Below are positions 10,666-19,747 of a stretch of DNA of 64,000 bases, piece after piece. A model generated the notes under the pieces. That model saw nothing but the letters and a program-made list of their open reading frames with translations. It was not told the DNA's origin and ran no database searches. Each line of letters opens with the position of its first letter. Position 1 is the first letter of the stretch. This DNA comes from Candidatus Bathyarchaeia archaeon (GTDB lineage: Bacteria > Patescibacteriota > Microgenomatia > PFEM01 > JAFGMK01): positions 206,961-270,960 of the forward strand of contig DATKWK010000023.1 in the NCBI GenBank assembly GCA_035529595.1, in the 5' to 3' direction. The translations under genes were made by a program, and so were the position numbers.

Positions 10666-11862
10666 CTAGCTGATGCGCAATTTTAGAAATCTCCTTTTTC
10701 CTATTCTAATTACCGTCCCGTCGTTTTGAGCGCCTACCTTAAATTCCCGATTGGTCACTGGTAAATCGCTGATTCTTACCGACCCTTGCTGAATTAATCT
10801 TTTGGCTTCACTTCTTGAATTAGCTAATTCGCTTTCGGTTAAGATATCAACCAAAAGCTGTCCTCTCTTTACTTCATAAGTGGAGATTTCTGCCGGCAGT
10901 TCCTTTTTTTGGAATATTTTTTCAAATTTTGTCTGAGCTTCCTCGGCTTCTTTTTTTGAGTACAGCATTTTGACAATTTCTAAAGCCAGCTCCTTCTTTA
11001 TTTTCATTGGATTAGTAGTGCCTTTTTTCAAGGTTTCGCTTATCTTTCTCACTTTTGATAACGGAATATCAGTCAGCAGCTCAAATCCAAGGACAATTAC
11101 TTCATCGGGAAAGGACATGATGCCGCCGTACATGTCGGCAGGCGCGGCGTTTAAAAAAAGGGCATTACCGGTGGTTTTGCCAACTTTTTGTCCTTTCGAG
11201 TCAACCAGCAGTTTGGTAGTGAGGATAAGTTTTTCCTTACCTTTAGTAGCCTTCATCAAAGTTCTTCCGCAAAGCATATTAAAAGTTTGGTCATTCCCTC
11301 CTATTTCAAGATCAACAGCCATCTTGACTGAGTCAATCGCTTGGGCTAACGGATAAAGGAATTCATGCAAAAAGATTGGCTTACCTTCCCTTAAGCGCGT
11401 CTGAAAGAAATCGCGCTCGATCATCTGTTGAACCGTAAAATTGGCTGAAATTTCAATTAAATCTTTAAAAGTTATTTTATCGCTCCAATGACTATTAAAC
11501 ATCATTTTAGCGGCATTAGGGCCGCTGAAATTAAGGATTTTTCCTACCTGCCTTTTCCAGGTTTTTGAATTATCTAAAACCTGCTTTCTGGTCAGTCTGG
11601 GGCGAACGGCTGATTTTTCCGTCGGGTCACCAATCATGCCGGTAAAATCACCAATCAGAAAAATTACCTCATGACCTAGATCTTGGAATTCCTTCAGCTT
11701 AAGAATGCCGACTAGATTACCCAAGTGAAGATTAGGCATTGACGGATCAAACCCTTGGTATAAACGGAGCTTTTTGTCTGATCTTAGTACTTTTTCCAGA
11801 GCCTTTTTTGAGGGGTAAATTTTCTCTACTCCCCTAGTTAAGATTTCTTCAATTTTATCCAT
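10666..11862 (-). CDS. tyrS: Tyrosine--tRNA ligase
   Basis: GFDP...HLGN, DLEIGGNDQTFN, KVGKT (KMSKS-like), C-terminal S4 domain. Start placed at MDKIEE after an AGGA RBS. Confidence 0.96.
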   Translation of the reverse strand: MDKIEEILTRGVEKIYPSKKALEKVLRSDKKLRLYQGFDPSMPNLHLGNLVGILKLKEFQDLGHEVIFLIGDFTGMIGDPTEKSAVRPRLTRKQVLDNSKTWKRQVGKILNFSGPNAAKMMFNSHWSDKITFKDLIEISANFTVQQMIERDFFQTRLREGKPIFLHEFLYPLAQAIDSVKMAVDLEIGGNDQTFNMLCGRTLMKATKGKEKLILTTKLLVDSKGQKVGKTTGNALFLNAAPADMYGGIMSFPDEVIVLGFELLTDIPLSKVRKISETLKKGTTNPMKIKKELALEIVKMLYSKKEAEEAQTKFEKIFQKKELPAEISTYEVKRGQLLVDILTESELANSRSEAKRLIQQGSVRISDLPVTNREFKVGAQNDGTVIRIGKRRFLKLRIS

Positions 11863-11911
11863 AAATTCCTCTTTTAATTGTAAAACAAAAGACGGGCTTT
11901 GTCTATTTGGA

Positions 11912-12808
11912 TTATATTGCAAAGACAGTGCCTTCTTCCGTAATCTGAAAACCAGTTTTTATTACCTGTTTATAAGCTTTGCTTTTTTTATTCAGAACAG
12001 GATTAGTATGGTTGAAATGAATGAAATAAATTTTTCTCCTTTCCAAAAGTGGTAGTTTGGAAAATATCTTGATACTTTCTGAAATTAGAGGATGAGGAAT
12101 TTCCTTGATATTTCTATAAGACAGTTCGCTTTGATCAAAAAAAGTTCCGTCAAGAAAAGCCAAGTCAACCTTTCTAACCATCTCTTTAATATCATTTTTT
12201 AGAAACTCCCATTTGTCGATATCAGGAATAAAGAGCACTTTTTTATTTGGGCCTTCAATAACAAAACCTACGGTTTCTGTGTATTCATCTCGATGGTTTA
12301 CTAAAAAAGGCAAGATTGAAATATGCTTATTCAATTTTGTTTTTTGATTTTTTTGTAATTGTTTAATTTTAATATTTTTTTTCTGAATTAAATCTTTCCA
12401 GGGGCTGTTTGCCAATAAGAATATTTTCATTTTAGGCATGACAAAAACCGGAATTTTCTGAGCATTTAAGATTGCTTTTTCTAAGCATAATAAGCCAGTA
12501 TAGTGACCAATGTGGCCATGAGTTAAAAAGATTCCTTCAAGACCTGGCGGTTTTTTTATGGTTGGGAAAACTTTATTTAGTAAAGCTAACTGAAATTTAA
12601 AATCCGGCGTCGTTTCAATAAGCCATCTTTTTTTAAGTTGGGGATCGATAATAGCCAGACTAGTAGTATTTTTCCTTACAGATAAATCTCCCCAAGCTTT
12701 CCGGCAGCATAAGTTATTACAACCACAATGAGGTACACCGCCGTCCTGAGCAATACCCAGGATAATGATAAACGGGTTAGTTTTGTTTTTGGCAAAGGCT
12801 TGTTTCAT
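11912..12808 (-). CDS. MBL-fold metallo-hydrolase, PqqB/PhnP-like
   Basis: LGIAQDGGVPHCGC, THGHIGHYTG, DGTF, IHFNHTNP. Confidence 0.8.
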   Translation of the reverse strand: MKQAFAKNKTNPFIIILGIAQDGGVPHCGCNNLCCRKAWGDLSVRKNTTSLAIIDPQLKKRWLIETTPDFKFQLALLNKVFPTIKKPPGLEGIFLTHGHIGHYTGLLCLEKAILNAQKIPVFVMPKMKIFLLANSPWKDLIQKKNIKIKQLQKNQKTKLNKHISILPFLVNHRDEYTETVGFVIEGPNKKVLFIPDIDKWEFLKNDIKEMVRKVDLAFLDGTFFDQSELSYRNIKEIPHPLISESIKIFSKLPLLERRKIYFIHFNHTNPVLNKKSKAYKQVIKTGFQITEEGTVFAI

Positions 12809-12841
12809 TATCTGATAGTCTGATTATATAATAAAAATACT

Positions 12842-12900
12842 TTCTCGGGGCTCCCTTTGATATTGGTCTTGCTAGACTTTTATCGCGGGGAGCCCGAGAA
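12842..12900. other. Long GC-rich stem-loop between the sulfatase-like gene and the PqqB-like gene
   Basis: TTCTCGGGGCTCCC ... GGGAGCCCGAGAA inverted repeat. Confidence 0.55.
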
Positions 12901-12930
12901 GGCGCTTGGGATGCATTTGCTCAGATTTTT

Positions 12931-13854
12931 TTACAGAACGCCCATCCAGAGTGGGACTGACATGCATTCCTTGGTTGGATGCATGTGGCCATAGAGATCG
13001 TCCTCGCCAAAATTCTCTCCGTGGTCACCGGTTACGAAGACGAATATCTCTCGGCTCGTAATTGATCTTAGACCATCGAAAAGTTGGCCAAACTTGGGAT
13101 CTAGTGCCTCAAGCCCGTTAATCTGCATCTGGTGCAGGTTTTTGGCCTGAGCCGCCAAAACCAGCTTGGTTGTAGCCGAGAGTTTTTGTGATCGGAGATT
13201 TAAGCCTTGGCTTAGTGTTGAGAAGACGGCGTGAACTTCTTCTGGAATTCCCTCGCCCCAGTCGTATGGATAGTGAGGTTCGGGACAATTAATGAAGAGA
13301 AACCATTGGCCATGCCGACCAACATATTTCCCAAGGTGGCTGACAATCTCTTCGACGTGATTGAGGGGAAACGTTTCCGGCTTTCTTTCCGTCAATGGCT
13401 CTTCGTCCATGTCCGGGCCGAAGTAAAAGAACTTCGACCAAGGGAAAGCAGTTCGGAGGAAACTTCCAGTTGAGAACTGGGAAACGCCTCCTACACCAAG
13501 GACATGGAACCCTAGCTGACGGAATCCTTCGATAACATTGTTACCGTCAAAAAGGATACCGCAGCCCTTGCCGGCATCGCGAGCCGGTCCAGTAGTGATC
13601 CTGAATGGCTGCCGAGCTACTTCGTTGTAGTAAGGCTCAAGCGCAGAAGCTATCGACGGAAGATGGCCCAAAAACATGGCCGTGTGGGCGGCTGGGGTGT
13701 AAGGCGAGAGTGTGACCGCTTTCATCATTAGCCCCAGACTGTCTAGGACTGGGGTTCGGGCCGACCCAGCCGTGTCATACCGACAACTGTCTAGGGTGAT
13801 CAGAACTCCATTCAGCCCCTCTAGACTTTCTAGATCAGTTATTTGAGTTTTCAT
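12931..13854 (-). CDS. Alkaline phosphatase/sulfatase-superfamily hydrolase (STM4013-like)
   Basis: ITLDSCRYD, PYTPAAH, PHYPY, TGDHGE..GH metal-binding motifs; GGAGG RBS 6 nt before ATG at 13854. Confidence 0.75.
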   Translation of the reverse strand: MKTQITDLESLEGLNGVLITLDSCRYDTAGSARTPVLDSLGLMMKAVTLSPYTPAAHTAMFLGHLPSIASALEPYYNEVARQPFRITTGPARDAGKGCGILFDGNNVIEGFRQLGFHVLGVGGVSQFSTGSFLRTAFPWSKFFYFGPDMDEEPLTERKPETFPLNHVEEIVSHLGKYVGRHGQWFLFINCPEPHYPYDWGEGIPEEVHAVFSTLSQGLNLRSQKLSATTKLVLAAQAKNLHQMQINGLEALDPKFGQLFDGLRSITSREIFVFVTGDHGENFGEDDLYGHMHPTKECMSVPLWMGVL

Positions 13855-13950
13855 TTTGACCCTCCTCAGGTCTAGTTCTGTCAAAGAGCAAATGCATCCT
13901 ATATTGTCGGTTCGCGCTTTTTGACGCTGTGTCTGGGCGCAAAAAGACAG

Positions 13951-14034
13951 TGCACGGGGTAGGATTTACACCTACGAAACCGATTAAGGTGGCGGTTTTA
14001 CAGACCGCTGCATTTGCTACTCTGCCACCCGTGC
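13951..14034 (-). tRNA. tRNA-Tyr(GTA), atypical D- and T-loops, no encoded CCA
   Basis: GCACGGG/CCCGTGC acceptor stem, GCGGT-CT-GTA-AA-ACCGC anticodon arm, long variable arm, T-loop TGTAAAT. Confidence 0.88.
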
Positions 14035-14045
14035 CTTTCGGGCAA

Positions 14046-14355
14046 TTAAAAAACCGTCCTTAATATAAGGACGGTTTTAACCGTGGTACCACCTTATTTG
14101 TCAGGGTTTGTTGGAATTAACCAAAAAAAACCGCCCAGAGGCGATTTACCCTAACCTCTCCGGCACTCCGGATGAACCGACATGCCTTAGCGCTGTAACG
14201 GGCGCGCCCGGAAGAACTTATTCCCGATCTGAAATTGAGGATTGATTCTTCAGCTCCAAGTGGGTAATTCGATCCGGGGATACGGTAAGCTTTCACCCGC
14301 CGCCTACTCTCTTTTGTCACTCCCCTTCTCTACTTCACCACTCATCAATGCCTTT
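14046..14355 (-). promoter_or_regulatory. T-box riboswitch with Tyr (UAC) specifier and intrinsic terminator
   Basis: Stem I with AGTA, AGAGAG and GGTGAAAG motifs; GAAT-TAC-CCACTTGGAGC specifier (14264-14266); CCGTTA; T-box AAGGTGGTACCACGG (14081-14095); terminator AAACCGTCCTTA..TAAGGACGGTTTTTT. Confidence 0.9.
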
Positions 14356-14372
14356 TTCTAAATTGTTGCGGA

Positions 14373-14403
14373 ATTTATATCATAAATCTTTTGCTCTTGT
14401 CAA
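14373..14403 (-). promoter_or_regulatory. Sigma70-type promoter for the T-box/tRNA-Tyr/tyrS unit
   Basis: TTGACA at 14403-14398 followed by an AT-rich TGATATAAAT -10 region. Confidence 0.55.
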
Positions 14404-14429
14404 GTTAATGTGTTAGAATTTTTACTGAA

Positions 14430-17114
14430 ATGAGTTGGAAACGGGTTTGGAAGAAAAGATTAAGACAAATTAAATCCCGGAAATATCTTAATTTAAGTCA
14501 ATTAGGCAGTCTGAAACGCGCCAAGATTCTTTCTTACTTAGCGATTTTTTGCTTTGTATCTGTTTTATCAGGGATTCTAATAGTCGGTTTACTGTTTGCC
14601 TGGTACGCTAAAGACTTACCTCATCCCGACAAAATTGTTCGCAGTGAAGGTTTTTCAACGAAAATATTCGATCGGCAGGAAAAACTCCTTTATGATGTTT
14701 TTGCGGATCAGCGCCGGATACCGGTCAAGATAGAGCAAGTGCCAACGGCTCTCCGTCAGGCAACAGTTGCGATTGAGGATAAGAATTTTTATAAACATCA
14801 TGGATTTGATCCTTTTGGTATCGTGCGTGCCTTATACAACATTGTTGTGCATCATCGTCTTCAGGGCGGTTCGACACTAACTCAACAGCTGGTGAAGAAT
14901 GTGCTTTTGACTCAAAAGCGGGTTCTTTCCCGGAAGATAAAAGAATTTATTCTGGCAGTTCAAATCGAGAATCGTTACAACAAGGACCAGATTCTTCAGA
15001 TGTATTTAAATGAGGCGCCCTATGGCGGAACGGCCTGGGGAGTTGAAGCGGCAGCCGAAATATATTTCGGCAAGAAGGTAGATGATTTAACGACGATAGA
15101 GTGCGCGATTCTTGCCGGCTTACCGCAACGGCCAAGTGAATACTCTCCTTTTGGAGAAGATCCCAAGGCTTATCTCGGGCGAACAAAAGTTGTCTTACGG
15201 CGAATGAGAGAAGACGGATATTTAACGAATGAAGGAGAATTGCAAGCTTACGCAGATTTAGAGAAAGTCCAATTTGCCCAAGAAGCAACTAAGTTTCGGG
15301 CTCCCCATTTCGTTATGTATGTTAAGAAGCAACTTGAAGACCGGTATGGTCAGCGGATGGTTGAACAAGGGGGGCTTAGGGTTTATACGACGCTTGATTT
15401 GGATTTACAGGAAAAAGCTCAATCTATTGTTGCAGAGGAAATTGCCAAAGTTAAAAGTTTGAATATCGGAAACGGTGCCGGGACTGTGATCGATCCGCAA
15501 ACCGGTGAAATATTAGCGATGATTGGGTCTAAAGACTATTTTGATCCCGATTATGACGGTAAAGTCAATGTTACCTTATCTCTGCGACAGCCGGGATCGG
15601 CCATCAAGCCGCTGACTTACGTGACGGCTTTTAAAAAAGGCTATACTGCCGCGACGTTGTTAATGGATACTCCGACATCTTTCTACATCGGCTCCGGGCA
15701 ACCTGGTTATAAACCGGTTAACTATGATGGTTTGTATCACGGCCCGCTCCAAGTTAGATATGCTCTTGGCAGCTCGATTAATATAACTGCTGTCAAAATG
15801 CTTGCCAGAGTGGGGATTAAATCAATGTTGGATACCGCTTATGATCTGGGTCTTTCCAGCCTTGAACCTTCGGCAGAGAATTTAAAGCGGCTAGGATTAT
15901 CAGTCACTCTTGGTGGTGCCGAAGTCCGTCTTTTAGAACTGGCCGGCGCTTATTCGTCTTTTGCCAACGGCGGTTTACGGGTTGAGCCGATCGCAATTTT
16001 AAAAGTTACCGACCAGGAGGGTAAGATTCTTGAAGAGACACATTCCCGGCCGCTAGCCCGCGTCCTAAGCGAGGGAGAAGCTTTTTTGATCAATCACATC
16101 TTAATGGACAATAATGCCCGTCTTTTGACTTTTGGCACACGCAGTAATCTGTATATGGCGGATCGCCAAGTTGCCGTCAAAACCGGAACTACCAATGATA
16201 AACGTGATAATTGGACCATCGGCTGGACACCGCAGGTTTTAGTCGGTATCTGGGTCGGTAATAACGATAATTCGCCGATGAAGGAAGTTGCCTCCGGTGT
16301 TTCCGGGGCGGCCCCAATCTGGCGGCGGATTATCCTTGAATTCTTAAAAGACAAGCCAAGCCTCAGTTTTTCCGTTCCTAATGAAATCGTTACCGCCGAA
16401 GTCGATCTTATTTCCGGCTATCGGGCTCATGAAGGTTATCCGTCCCGGCTGGAATATTTTATTAAGGGAACTGAGCCGGCCGGACCGGATTCGGTCCATA
16501 CGAAACTTAAACTCTGCCGCGGACAAGATAAATTAGCAACCGAAGTTGATATTGCCCGCGGGAACTACGAAGAAAAAGAATATTTTGTTTTCGTTGAAAT
16601 AGATCCGTTATCGATAGACAGCCATAATCGCTGGCAGGAAGGGATTGATACCTGGTCGGAAAATTTACAAGATTTGCGTTATCATCCGCCCCGGGAGTAT
16701 TGCAGCACTGAAAGCGAAATTGAAATTAATTTCGTCAAACCGGCCGATAGAATCGAAGTTGATAGTAATGAAATCGAAGTAAAGGCAGAAGCAATCTCAA
16801 TGAATAAAATTACTAAGATCGAGCTTTACATAGACGGTTCTTTAAGAGAATCTTTTGCGGATAAATCATTTGATAGAATTTATACTTTAACTGACGGAAC
16901 TCATTATTTAAAAATCGAGGCTGAAGATGAAAAAGGAAATCGGGGTTCAAAAGATGTCCGGATCGGCGTCAAAGTTCCTTGGGATTTAGCGCCATCACCG
17001 ACACCAGAACCAACATCAGTCGCCACCGTAACGCCGAATCCAACGATAACTGTAATGCCGACACCAATGGCAACACCAACGGTTAACATTATAACTATCC
17101 CGACAGGAAGTTAA
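14430..17114 (+). CDS. Class A penicillin-binding protein (transglycosylase/transpeptidase) with Ig-like and Pro/Thr tail
   Basis: EDKNFYKH, GGSTLTQQLVKN, RKIKE; QPGSAIKP (SxxK), SIN, KTGT. Confidence 0.95.
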   Translation: MSWKRVWKKRLRQIKSRKYLNLSQLGSLKRAKILSYLAIFCFVSVLSGILIVGLLFAWYAKDLPHPDKIVRSEGFSTKIFDRQEKLLYDVFADQRRIPVKIEQVPTALRQATVAIEDKNFYKHHGFDPFGIVRALYNIVVHHRLQGGSTLTQQLVKNVLLTQKRVLSRKIKEFILAVQIENRYNKDQILQMYLNEAPYGGTAWGVEAAAEIYFGKKVDDLTTIECAILAGLPQRPSEYSPFGEDPKAYLGRTKVVLRRMREDGYLTNEGELQAYADLEKVQFAQEATKFRAPHFVMYVKKQLEDRYGQRMVEQGGLRVYTTLDLDLQEKAQSIVAEEIAKVKSLNIGNGAGTVIDPQTGEILAMIGSKDYFDPDYDGKVNVTLSLRQPGSAIKPLTYVTAFKKGYTAATLLMDTPTSFYIGSGQPGYKPVNYDGLYHGPLQVRYALGSSINITAVKMLARVGIKSMLDTAYDLGLSSLEPSAENLKRLGLSVTLGGAEVRLLELAGAYSSFANGGLRVEPIAILKVTDQEGKILEETHSRPLARVLSEGEAFLINHILMDNNARLLTFGTRSNLYMADRQVAVKTGTTNDKRDNWTIGWTPQVLVGIWVGNNDNSPMKEVASGVSGAAPIWRRIILEFLKDKPSLSFSVPNEIVTAEVDLISGYRAHEGYPSRLEYFIKGTEPAGPDSVHTKLKLCRGQDKLATEVDIARGNYEEKEYFVFVEIDPLSIDSHNRWQEGIDTWSENLQDLRYHPPREYCSTESEIEINFVKPADRIEVDSNEIEVKAEAISMNKITKIELYIDGSLRESFADKSFDRIYTLTDGTHYLKIEAEDEKGNRGSKDVRIGVKVPWDLAPSPTPEPTSVATVTPNPTITVMPTPMATPTVNIITIPTGS

Positions 17115-17191
17115 AAAATAATTAATTGTTGCAATATTCTTAACATTTGATACTATGATATTAACAAAATATTTATTTAACTATAACTGTC

Positions 17192-17686
17192 ATGAATGAA
17201 TTCCCTAGCGAACTTGCTGTTGCTGTAGCAACAAGAATGCTCGGTCCCTACACAGGAGTGGATAGCGAATTGTTAGAATTACTCAGTAAAGATTCTAGTC
17301 TCACTGATTTTGAACCTATAATAGGAGATGCAATAAGCCGACTTGAAAAAACGTTTCCTGAGTCTTCGGATAATGGAAGAATTCCTGATGAATATAAACC
17401 ATATTTACTTGTAACAGCGATTGTTAAAGTCAATGCGATTAGACGCTCTATAGCTAATAAAGCACTAATTGGTGAGGTTGTTAAAGGAAAGGTAGTAGGA
17501 GCTGTACATGGTTCAGAAAGACAGGTAATTATTAGAGAAATGGAAGTATTAAATTCACTAGATCGAATTGTCGGTAGATTATCGGATCAACGAGCTAGTT
17601 ATTTTGAAAAGGAGCAAGACTCAGGGTCAGGGATTGACCACTCGGGATTATGGAAATTAAATAGACAAATTGGTTCGTGGACCTGA
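17192..17686 (+). CDS. Hypothetical protein
   Basis: 164-aa ORF filling an intergenic gap, with AT-rich promoter-like sequence upstream. Confidence 0.55.
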   Translation: MNEFPSELAVAVATRMLGPYTGVDSELLELLSKDSSLTDFEPIIGDAISRLEKTFPESSDNGRIPDEYKPYLLVTAIVKVNAIRRSIANKALIGEVVKGKVVGAVHGSERQVIIREMEVLNSLDRIVGRLSDQRASYFEKEQDSGSGIDHSGLWKLNRQIGSWT

Positions 17687-17711
17687 GTAATCTGGAAGAA
17701 ATTAATCGTTA

Positions 17712-19745
17712 TTAATTGAGTGACTTGATTTCCGCTTTAAATACCTCTTTAGATTTTCTGATAATGATATTTCTTATATGCCCGATTTCTTTATCAGTTA
17801 AAGTTTTCCTAAGACTTTGGTAAGTGATCCGGAAAGTCCGCGTATCTTGATAGATATCAACTAATTCCACATTTTGAATAATCGCACTCATTGCTTTAAT
17901 TGACTGGATTAGATCCCCGATCGGGGTATTTGGGGGCAAAACAAAACTTAAATCCTCAATTATTGGAGGGTATTGAGAGACCGGAGCATAGGTTTTATTA
18001 AATGAAGCATATCTTGCCAGGAGATCGACATTTAAGTCAAAAACAAAGAAAGGAATTTCAATACCGAAATTCTGCCTAATTTGAGGCTTAATTTCTCCGA
18101 AAACACCCACAGGCTGTTTTTTAACAGAAACAGACGCTGATCGATTAGGGTTCCAGAAAGCAATGTTCTTTGAGTCAGCTTTGATAAAACCATATTCTTT
18201 TATGCCCAAGTTTTCTAAAATGGCTATTACTATTCCTTTAGCTTGCCGAAATGATTCTTGTCCATAACTTTGGCCGACAATACCGGTTAGCCAGACCCTT
18301 TCTTCGGGAAGGTTATTTGACTGCCGATCATAGATTTTCGCCATTTCAAAAATTTTGATATCAGGCAAGTTTTTCTGATTTAAAGCGACGGTGCTCAATA
18401 AAGAAGGAATCAGGCTTTTTCGCATGTATATCCATTCTTCACTGATCGGGTTGGTGATTTTTAAATGTTTATTCTCCAATGGTAATAATTGGCTTTTTTC
18501 CAGCAATTCCTTACTGATCATCGAATAGTTGTAAATTTCAGTAAACCCCCAGTATTTTAGACTGTCCTTGATTTGCTCTTCTATTTTAAACTGCATATTT
18601 CTTGGTCTTGAAGGGATTTTGGTTTCGGGGATAATGCTTGGTAAATTGTAATAGCCGTAGATCCGCGCGACTTCTTCAACTATATCTTCAGGAATATTAA
18701 TATCATCAGCACGCCACGAAGGAATAACAGAAGAAACTGAATTGTACATAATCGAAGTTTCCAATCCCAATGAATCAAGTATTTTTTTTATTTGCGCAGA
18801 TTTTAATTCAATCCCCATCCGGTTATTAATAAATTGGATGTTAGTTTTAATTGTTTTTTTGATATAAGGCTTGGGATAAATATCAATGATTTTGTCACAA
18901 ACCCGGGTGTGAGCGTATTTTTGGTAAAGTTCAATTCCCCGCAATAGAGCAGTTTTTGACAATTCCGGGTCCGGGCCTTTTTCATTAAAAGAGGCAGCCA
19001 TCGTTCTGATACCTAGTGTCATGGCTGTTTTCCTGATGTGGTAAGGGTCGTTGTTTTCAATGAAGAACAGCAGGCGTTTAGTTTGCGGAGTGACGACACT
19101 GTTTTGGCTGCCGATAATACCCGGGAGATCGATGATTAAACCAGTGCCATCTTCAATAATACTGTCATCGCCGGGCAAGGCAAAAGTTTTGTTATCAAGA
19201 GTGGTAAATTTTTCCCCTTTGATTGAGGGCCGAATAATCAGTTTATGAGTTTTTATGCGATCGTAGTCAAAGGCATGGGTTGGATGGCCGGTTTCCAACA
19301 TTACATAATTGGTGATGTCAATGATATTTATTAAAGAACGAACGCCGGCTGATTCCAAGCGCCTACGTATAAAAAGAGGCGAAGTTTTAACTTCAATATC
19401 ATCTAAAACCACGCAGATGACTCGTCGGCATAATTGCGGACTGCTTTTGACTTGTAAAGGTAGATTTCGAGAAATAATCTGCGGCGTAAGTATTTTTGAA
19501 GGCATAAAGTCAGCTTTAAAACCGAAATTGGGTAAGATCGCGGCTGCTTCACGGGCTAACCCTGTAACACTCAGGCAATCAGGCCGGTTCGAGGTGATTT
19601 CAATATCATAAAGATAATCGCCATCTTTCTTCGTTATTCTTTCTACCGAAGGGCCACATAGAGACAGGCAACGGGCAATATCTGTCGGTTTTGCCGTAGT
19701 TTTTAAGAATTCTCTTAACCAGGAATCTAAAATTTGAATATTCAT
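17712..19745 (-). CDS. pheT: Phenylalanine--tRNA ligase beta subunit (short, lacks B2 OB domain)
   Basis: EITSNRPDCLSV, DITNYVMLETGHPTHAFD, EEVARIYGY, FDX-ACB C-terminus. Confidence 0.95.
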   Translation of the reverse strand: MNIQILDSWLREFLKTTAKPTDIARCLSLCGPSVERITKKDGDYLYDIEITSNRPDCLSVTGLAREAAAILPNFGFKADFMPSKILTPQIISRNLPLQVKSSPQLCRRVICVVLDDIEVKTSPLFIRRRLESAGVRSLINIIDITNYVMLETGHPTHAFDYDRIKTHKLIIRPSIKGEKFTTLDNKTFALPGDDSIIEDGTGLIIDLPGIIGSQNSVVTPQTKRLLFFIENNDPYHIRKTAMTLGIRTMAASFNEKGPDPELSKTALLRGIELYQKYAHTRVCDKIIDIYPKPYIKKTIKTNIQFINNRMGIELKSAQIKKILDSLGLETSIMYNSVSSVIPSWRADDINIPEDIVEEVARIYGYYNLPSIIPETKIPSRPRNMQFKIEEQIKDSLKYWGFTEIYNYSMISKELLEKSQLLPLENKHLKITNPISEEWIYMRKSLIPSLLSTVALNQKNLPDIKIFEMAKIYDRQSNNLPEERVWLTGIVGQSYGQESFRQAKGIVIAILENLGIKEYGFIKADSKNIAFWNPNRSASVSVKKQPVGVFGEIKPQIRQNFGIEIPFFVFDLNVDLLARYASFNKTYAPVSQYPPIIEDLSFVLPPNTPIGDLIQSIKAMSAIIQNVELVDIYQDTRTFRITYQSLRKTLTDKEIGHIRNIIIRKSKEVFKAEIKSLN

Positions 19746-19747
19746 AT

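Noticed and set aside
11912-12808. PQQ biosynthesis
   Set aside because: Only a stand-alone PqqB-like MBL hydrolase is present; no pqqA, C, D or E nearby.
14117-14320. 67-aa ORF in the track
   Set aside because: It lies entirely within the T-box leader structure.
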